Shown: positions 31,226 through 36,147 of the stretch, piece by piece
How the letters are laid out: the number at the start of each line of letters is the position of its first letter
Numbering within the stretch: the first letter of the stretch is position 1
IMG/VR virus record: IMGVR_UViG_3300027931_000002
Span: 1-36,147 of that record
Source: a virus
Direction: 5' to 3' (one strand)
Length of the DNA: 36,147 bases
Notes under the pieces: model-generated
Seen by the model: only the letters and a program-made list of their open reading frames with translations
Told to the model about the DNA's origin: nothing
Database searches by the model: none
Program-made: the position numbers and the translations under genes

Positions 31226-31585
31226 ATGCCCTCACAAAAAACAGAAGAAAAGAATGAAAAAATAGAACAAATAAAGAAAGAAATTGATAGTTGGATTGAA
31301 GAATTCTCGAAATCACAAAAACGATTCGATAGATTTGATTTATATGAAGGAGAACAGCTATCATTAGGATTCTTAGCATACAAAGATGACCAAAACAATA
31401 TAACTGTCCTAATATCCGTTCACGGTCAGAAACCTACTAACTCATTGAGTTTTCCAGTAAGCGGATTAGATGACATAAAATGGATTACAAAAATGATAGA
31501 AAAATATGAAGAACTATTCAAATATATAGAAAAATACGAGGAAAACGTAAAGAGCATCAAGAAAAAGAAAAACTTACTCGAATAA
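31226..31585 (+). CDS. Hypothetical protein, 119 aa
   Basis: ORF track entry with A-ending codon usage like its neighbours. Confidence 0.6.
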   Translation: MPSQKTEEKNEKIEQIKKEIDSWIEEFSKSQKRFDRFDLYEGEQLSLGFLAYKDDQNNITVLISVHGQKPTNSLSFPVSGLDDIKWITKMIEKYEELFKYIEKYEENVKSIKKKKNLLE

Positions 31586-31591
31586 TTTTTT

Positions 31592-31801
31592 TTACATTAC
31601 TATTTCCACGTAACCGTGTATACATTCGTTTCTAAATTCACCAGATATAGGAAACTTCTCCGAATAATTCTCTCCATAACATATTCCTAATTGTTTACCA
31701 TATTTAACCAAATACATCATATAATATTCAAGACATTCCATAAAATAATTACACTCCTTCTCTTCATAAAAAACGTTTGGAATATTTAGAACAACTTTCA
31801 T
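31592..31801 (-). CDS. Small Cys/His-containing protein, 69 aa
   Basis: ORF track entry, the only minus-strand gene in this arm. Confidence 0.45.
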   Translation of the reverse strand: MKVVLNIPNVFYEEKECNYFMECLEYYMMYLVKYGKQLGICYGENYSEKFPISGEFRNECIHGYVEIVM

Positions 31802-31863
31802 ATAAACAAGAAAGGAAATGGGAAATAAAAACTTTAAAAATTATACTAGCACAATTTTAAGTG

Positions 31864-32103
31864 ATGCCAAAACGTGAACTCAAGTTAGGGAAAATTTCAT
31901 TTCAAGTAGGAGATTACATAGAAGTACTAGCACAAGGACGTAAATATAGGATGCAAATAACAGAAATCGATGACTATAACAATCTATTAGGAACAGACTC
32001 TAACGGGAACCCAATATACATCAAAATATCAAAAATATCGGTAATAAGGAAAATATCAGAATTAGAATTTACAGGAGGTGAGAAACAAAATGGAACTCAA
32101 TGA
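31864..32103 (+). CDS. Hypothetical small protein, 79 aa
   Basis: The track start GTG 31861 is immediately followed by ATG 31864 (MPKRELKLGK...). Confidence 0.55.
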   Translation: MPKRELKLGKISFQVGDYIEVLAQGRKYRMQITEIDDYNNLLGTDSNGNPIYIKISKISVIRKISELEFTGGEKQNGTQ

Positions 32104-33880
32104 ATTCCAGAAAAAAGTAATAACCACATTCTTTATGACCGATAGAAACTTACTAGTTTCGGCACCCACAGGAGTTGGAAAATCATTCCTAGCCATGTAC
32201 ATAGCAATGAATACGAAATACAGAATATTATACACAGTACCTTTAAGAACTTTAGCATTACAATTAAACGATGACTACCACAACAAAGTGGCACCATTAC
32301 TACACGGATATGCAGATTCAATAGCATTAACATCAGAAGTATATGAATCAGACCCTGAAAATATAATAGAAAGAATGATATTTACAACATACGAAAAAGC
32401 AGACGCCATATTAAGGAGACACTATACGTGGGCTAAAAGAAGTGAACTAGTAGTAATAGATGAAGTTCATAACATTTCCGATAAAGAAAGAGGCAAAGCT
32501 ATAGAGAACTTAATAGCATGGGCTATGGACGAAGGAAAAAGATTATTAATGATGTCAGCCACGGTACCAGACCTGGAAAAACTAGCGGAAATAACAAACG
32601 CCGAAATAATAGAAACAAAAGAAAGACCAATCCCACTTTACAAGGCAATCAAAATAGGGAATACATTAATATTTGAAGACGGTGACAAAGTAGAATTAAA
32701 AGAAGACCTTGTACGCAAACTAGTAAGAAAGAACAAAGTCGTAATGGTCTTCACATCAACAAGAAAGAAAGCAGAAGAACTATTCCTGATTTACGACAAA
32801 AAGTACCCTGGAAAAGTAGCATTCTTTCACGCAGGATTACAACCAGAAACCAAACTAAGACTAATGGAAGAAACGAAACAAGGGAAATATAATATTATCA
32901 TATCAACTACAGCACTATCACAAGGAGTAAACTTCCCGTTCTATGCCGTAATCTTTGATGACTTGAAGCTTCCGATAGTAGAATACGGGAGGTTTATCGG
33001 TTGGAAAGCAATTACACCAGTAGAATTTGACCAGATATGCGGAAGAGCAGGAAGACCTGGATATGACGAGGAAGGATTATGCATAATAGAAGCATCAAAC
33101 ATAAGAGAAGCAGAAAAACTAACCAAAAAGTACTTCACAAACGAATACGGGAACTTGGAAGGTCATCATACACTGGAGGACTTCTTGCTGGCTTTCATAT
33201 CTAAATATCTCTACATTAGACCCGATGATATTTTCAACGCTATAAAACATTCATTAACATTCAAAGAAATACCTAAAGAAGAAATTAATGAAAAACTAGA
33301 ATTCCTAAACGAGAACGGCATTCTAGGATTCGATAACACTGGCTATTATGTCACTGTATACGGACGTGCTGTAGCTGAAAGCTATTTCGACGTTAAAGAC
33401 GCAATTGCATACAGAAACGTCCTTGAAAAAAATAATGTAAATGAAAAAGAAATTATAGACACAGTTATGAACAATGAAAATGTACTAAACGCCTCGAAAG
33501 GTGAAAATATAAAAATAATATTTGAGAATTGGATAAAAGGGGTAGATGAAAAAATGATAGTAAAAGCAACAAAAAACATGTCATACAACGACTTTAACAA
33601 ACTAATACAAACAATAAACTGGCAATTATATGGTGTTTATAGGATAACTAAAGCATTAATGAAAAAAGAACTAGCAGATAGACTAAGACTACTATTCCTA
33701 GAAGCCAGATACGGTGTACCTAGCAGTGCATTAGCATTAGTTCAACTACCTGGCATAGGAAGAAAGAGGTCTATAGAACTGTTAAGAAACGGGATACATA
33801 ACAAAACAGAACTTTGTCAAAATAAGGAAATAGCATCGAAAGTAATAGGACGAAAAATGGTCGAGGTGATTTGCAGATGA
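32090..33880 (+). CDS. Ski2/Hel308-like SF2 helicase (DEVH), 596 aa
   Basis: Motifs SAPTGVGKS (I), VIDEVHNI (II), MSATVP (III), [11 protein letters not shown] (V) and [10 protein letters not shown] (VI), plus a C-terminal HhH-like [23 protein letters not shown] lies upstream of ATG 32090. Confidence 0.85.
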   Translation: MELNEFQKKVITTFFMTDRNLLVSAPTGVGKSFLAMYIAMNTKYRILYTVPLRTLALQLNDDYHNKVAPLLHGYADSIALTSEVYESDPENIIERMIFTTYEKADAILRRHYTWAKRSELVVIDEVHNISDKERGKAIENLIAWAMDEGKRLLMMSATVPDLEKLAEITNAEIIETKERPIPLYKAIKIGNTLIFEDGDKVELKEDLVRKLVRKNKVVMVFTSTRKKAEELFLIYDKKYPGKVAFFHAGLQPETKLRLMEETKQGKYNIIISTTALSQGVNFPFYAVIFDDLKLPIVEYGRFIGWKAITPVEFDQICGRAGRPGYDEEGLCIIEASNIREAEKLTKKYFTNEYGNLEGHHTLEDFLLAFISKYLYIRPDDIFNAIKHSLTFKEIPKEEINEKLEFLNENGILGFDNTGYYVTVYGRAVAESYFDVKDAIAYRNVLEKNNVNEKEIIDTVMNNENVLNASKGENIKIIFENWIKGVDEKMIVKATKNMSYNDFNKLIQTINWQLYGVYRITKALMKKELADRLRLLFLEARYGVPSSALALVQLPGIGRKRSIELLRNGIHNKTELCQNKEIASKVIGRKMVEVICR

Positions 33881-34488
33881 TAAAAGAAGCAATAATAAAA
33901 GCATTTGAAAGAATGCAAGAACAACATCCGCAAAAAGGAGAGAAAACAGTATACGTTACAGATTTATTACACTGCGTAATAAGACCAAGGACAGAAGTAT
34001 CACAAATATCTCTGATAAGAGGAATAGCAGTACACGAGGGGATAGAAAAACTACTAAAAGAATACGGAGAAATTGACATAGAGTTTGAGAAAGAGATAAA
34101 AAAACAATATGGAGAATACACACTAATAGGCAGAGTGGACGGAATAACTAAGGACGGAACTATAGTAGAACTCAAAAGCGTATATAAACCTCCAGTATTC
34201 CCATACGAGACACACATATATCAAGTACTAATTTACATGAACATGCTAGAAAGTCAAAAAGGGCTTCTAGTATACCTAGGGAATAATGAGATAACAGAGT
34301 TCGAAATAGCACAAAATCAAATAAAAAACATAGAAACAGAACAAACGTTCTTTGGACAATATCAGATAGACGATAACTGGATATACAAACAAATAATAGC
34401 ATATATGACAAAAACACTAGTAGCCACATTCGATGAATGCAAATTCTGCGAAATAAATAAGTCATGCAAATACGCTAAGTTAAAGTGA
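33877..34488 (+). CDS. cas4: Cas4-like PD-(D/E)xK nuclease with 4-Cys (Fe-S type) signature, 203 aa
   Basis: Motifs GRVDG, ELK and YQVLIY (QxxxY). One N-terminal Cys (LLHC) plus C-terminal [10 protein letters not shown] gives the C-Xn-C-X2-C-X5-C pattern. ATGA overlap with the helicase stop. Confidence 0.85.
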   Translation: MIKEAIIKAFERMQEQHPQKGEKTVYVTDLLHCVIRPRTEVSQISLIRGIAVHEGIEKLLKEYGEIDIEFEKEIKKQYGEYTLIGRVDGITKDGTIVELKSVYKPPVFPYETHIYQVLIYMNMLESQKGLLVYLGNNEITEFEIAQNQIKNIETEQTFFGQYQIDDNWIYKQIIAYMTKTLVATFDECKFCEINKSCKYAKLK

Positions 34489-34493
34489 GAAAC

Positions 34494-34784
34494 ATGATAA
34501 AAAGAATAGTAGTAGAAATAGTAGATTCCCCACAAGAAGACAAAAATACACAATTTTTAATCGGACTAGCGAAACTAATTGGAAAAAGTGAAATAACATT
34601 CAACGAAAATCAAATACTAAAAAGGGATTTGACAAAAAATGAAGAATTAAGCTCATTAATCAGAGAAATAATAGAAAAATACAGAAATATGGCACCAAAG
34701 ATAGTAAATTTCAAAGAAGGAAAAGTGAAAAATGACGGAAAAATAATTACAAGGTGGGAATATGAAAATAAAAGTACAAGTTGA
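34494..34784 (+). CDS. Hypothetical protein, 96 aa
   Basis: ATG 34494. The track start is GTG 34485, which overlaps the Cas4-like stop. Confidence 0.55.
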   Translation: MIKRIVVEIVDSPQEDKNTQFLIGLAKLIGKSEITFNENQILKRDLTKNEELSSLIREIIEKYRNMAPKIVNFKEGKVKNDGKIITRWEYENKSTS

Positions 34785-35010
34785 AGGGAAAACTGACGTA
34801 TCATTAATTGAGGACATCTTTACAGCACTAGAGACAAATAAGATAAACCTAACGAAGACAAGAAAACTAGAAGAAATCGCCGAAATTAAAGAACTAAAAC
34901 AAACGATAAAACAGGAAGTGGAAAAGACATTAGAAGCAGAAGTCCACATAGAGGAACTGATAGTATTTAAGTCAGGCACTTATATATTGCGTGGAGTATT
35001 ACGAAAGTAA
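34762..35010 (+). CDS. Hypothetical protein, 82 aa
   Basis: ORF track entry with a 23-nt overlap with the upstream gene. Confidence 0.55.
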   Translation: MKIKVQVEGKTDVSLIEDIFTALETNKINLTKTRKLEEIAEIKELKQTIKQEVEKTLEAEVHIEELIVFKSGTYILRGVLRK

Positions 35011-35025
35011 ATTTTTTATACTTGT

Positions 35026-35460
35026 ATGACCCCCCTTTATAATAGGGGGTTAAATCCCGTGAATGAATATGAGTTAATACAAAATTTAAATGAATTAATA
35101 AAAAAAGGTTTTTTAATTCTCGCAAGAACGAAAAAAGGAACATATATCATACATTCTATAAGAAAAGAAAACGAGCTAATTATAATCGAAACGGAAGGAG
35201 GAATGAAAATAATTGAGGCACCAAAATTGTTCCTAAAAAAACACTTTATGATAATACCGAAAAACCCAGAACCGAGTCCACTAAATGACATAAACAAAAT
35301 TTACAAAGAACTATCAAAATACAAAGAGCTTATTTATAGGGAAGAAAAAGTGATAGAATTAAGTGTAGCACAAAATAGGATTGTAATAAAGACGGAAAAA
35401 GGCAAAATGATGATACTAACACCATCAGATATATTTGAATATCCGGTACTAGCATGGTGA
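35026..35460 (+). CDS. Hypothetical protein with two copies of a small beta-rich module, 144 aa
   Basis: LIIIETEGGMKIIEAPKLFL and RIVIKTEKGKMMILTPSDIF. The same module occurs in the next gene. Confidence 0.6.
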   Translation: MTPLYNRGLNPVNEYELIQNLNELIKKGFLILARTKKGTYIIHSIRKENELIIIETEGGMKIIEAPKLFLKKHFMIIPKNPEPSPLNDINKIYKELSKYKELIYREEKVIELSVAQNRIVIKTEKGKMMILTPSDIFEYPVLAW

Positions 35461-35466
35461 AAAATT

Positions 35467-35733
35467 GTGCCGTATAGAAATTTGAACGAGATAGCGAAAG
35501 AAATTTACAAAGAAATACGGGAAGCAGACGAGAAATATATTGTGATAAACAACAAAAAAGAGAAAATAATAGATATTGAGATAATATATCTTAGAGAAAC
35601 ACTAACAATGCCACCAAGATTTAAAATAACAACTGAAAATAATACAGTATTAATATTGACCCCAGCAAAACTCTTAAGAAAAAAATACATAATAGTAAAA
35701 GACGGAAAAGAGAAAACTATAATCGGTGTTTGA
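35467..35733 (+). CDS. Hypothetical protein with one copy of the same module, 88 aa (GTG start)
   Basis: LNEIAKEIYKEI...RFKITTENNTVLILTPAKLL aligns with LNDINKIYKEL...RIVIKTEKGKMMILTPSDIF of the previous gene. Confidence 0.55.
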   Translation: MPYRNLNEIAKEIYKEIREADEKYIVINNKKEKIIDIEIIYLRETLTMPPRFKITTENNTVLILTPAKLLRKKYIIVKDGKEKTIIGV

Positions 35734-35743
35734 GTTAAAAAGT

Positions 35744-36147
35744 TTTTCGCATATAAATTGTTACATCACTTTTTTGAATACTTCTTTAGAGAGTTCGAAG
35801 TTCGTAGTTCGAGTTTACGAACTGTGAGGTTCGAAAAAAAATTGTTCTAGAACTTTTTTCTTTTCTTAAAACAGACCTGAATGAGTCCCAGCATGAAATA
35901 CCAAGCGTCAGTGTGTCAGTACGAACTCATGAGTGTCAGTGTGAACGAGTGAAGTGTAACCCCCCCGCATGAGGGGTGGGAAAGTATATCTATATAATAA
36001 AAAAAAGAATGAGTGTCAGTAAGAAGTATGAAGTAACTAATGTAATATACGTATAAGACATAAGAAATATGATATACGTATAAGACTAAGAATACGTATA
36101 AGACATATCTAACACGAATACGTATACTAACACATATAACATATCTC
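35744..36147. repeat. Right inverted terminal repeat (ITR), 404 bp
   Basis: Reverse complement of 1-404, carrying the same sub-repeat sets in mirror order. Confidence 0.95.

Noticed and set aside
35030-35049. C6-N9-G5 hairpin at the very start of ORF 35026..35460
   Set aside because: It is a short 5-bp stem with a long AT loop inside coding sequence (it encodes TPLYNRG). There is no second copy or conserved context, so it is probably incidental.
690-35690. About 35 further short track ORFs that overlap better-supported genes in other frames or on the other strand. Examples: 690..920, 2593..2853, 3865..4149, 4504..4743, 4989..5252, 7037..7360, 9343..9558, 10338..10523, 10504..10710, 11004..11309, 11853..12047, 21596..21778, 21762..21944, 22028..22249, 22492..22698, 23204..23515, 24142..24411, 25228..25512, 27578..27811, 30430..30630, 31129..31398, 31143..31379, 32133..32333, 32941..33138, 33382..33600, 33771..34217, 34172..34465, 34362..34553, 34610..34804, 34656..34979, 35037..35297, 35505..35690
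   Set aside because: All are nested in or antisense to longer ORFs with recognisable motifs, paralogues or coupling signals. Their translations are F/L/I/S-rich strings typical of out-of-frame readings of AT-rich DNA, and many start at TTG or GTG.
1-36147. tRNA, rRNA, integrase/att sites, DNA polymerase, toxin-antitoxin pairs
   Set aside because: Reading both strands showed no cloverleaf-like GC-rich segment, no tyrosine- or serine-recombinase motifs and no polymerase motifs. The genome appears to be a non-integrating linear virus that depends on host polymerases.

Overview
The window looks like a complete linear dsDNA genome of a filamentous virus of Sulfolobales-type crenarchaea, most consistent with a betalipothrixvirus-like element. 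That assignment is inferred from gene content and cannot be confirmed without a database search.

General properties:
- Perfect 404-bp inverted terminal repeats (1-404 and 35744-36147).
- Very AT-rich, with about 60 tightly packed ORFs and many ATGA-type start/stop overlaps.
- No rRNA, tRNA, integrase, DNA polymerase or multi-repeat CRISPR array seen.

Layout:
- 0.4-4.8 kb: small orphan genes, including a duplicated two-gene cassette.
- 4.8-14.6 kb, minus strand: an FkbM-like methyltransferase, an HCX5R cysteine phosphatase, a glycosyltransferase, six Ser/Thr/Asn-rich fibre-like proteins (one with a legume-lectin/ConA-like C-terminus) and a 537-aa Gly/aromatic repeat protein.
- 14.6-19 kb: four more glycosyltransferases and small membrane proteins.
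- 20.8-22 kb: two adjacent capsid-like genes with basic N-termini.
- 23.4-24.5 kb: an operon with a small HUH/Rep-like protein and a region open in two frames.
- 24.2-28.7 kb: an accessory island with three double-RHH proteins, a DUF1874/AcrIII-1 ring-nuclease homologue, small orphan genes and a 480-bp non-coding region.
- 28.7-35.7 kb: a replication/repair arm with two SF2 helicases and a Cas4-like nuclease.

Most interesting observations:
- The 8-mer TGTATCCA occurs in seven promoter regions in two fixed geometries, suggesting one regulator with opposite effects on two gene sets.
- A second promoter module (CTTCTTGATGAAGAG plus AAAGATTTATATA) links the AcrIII-1 gene to neighbouring orphan genes, which become candidate anti-defence genes.
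- A solitary CRISPR-repeat-like 24-mer ends in GAATTGAAAG.
- A possible recoding site is bracketed by A6 and G7 homopolymers.
- Synonymous-site strand bias appears to switch polarity between the two genome arms.
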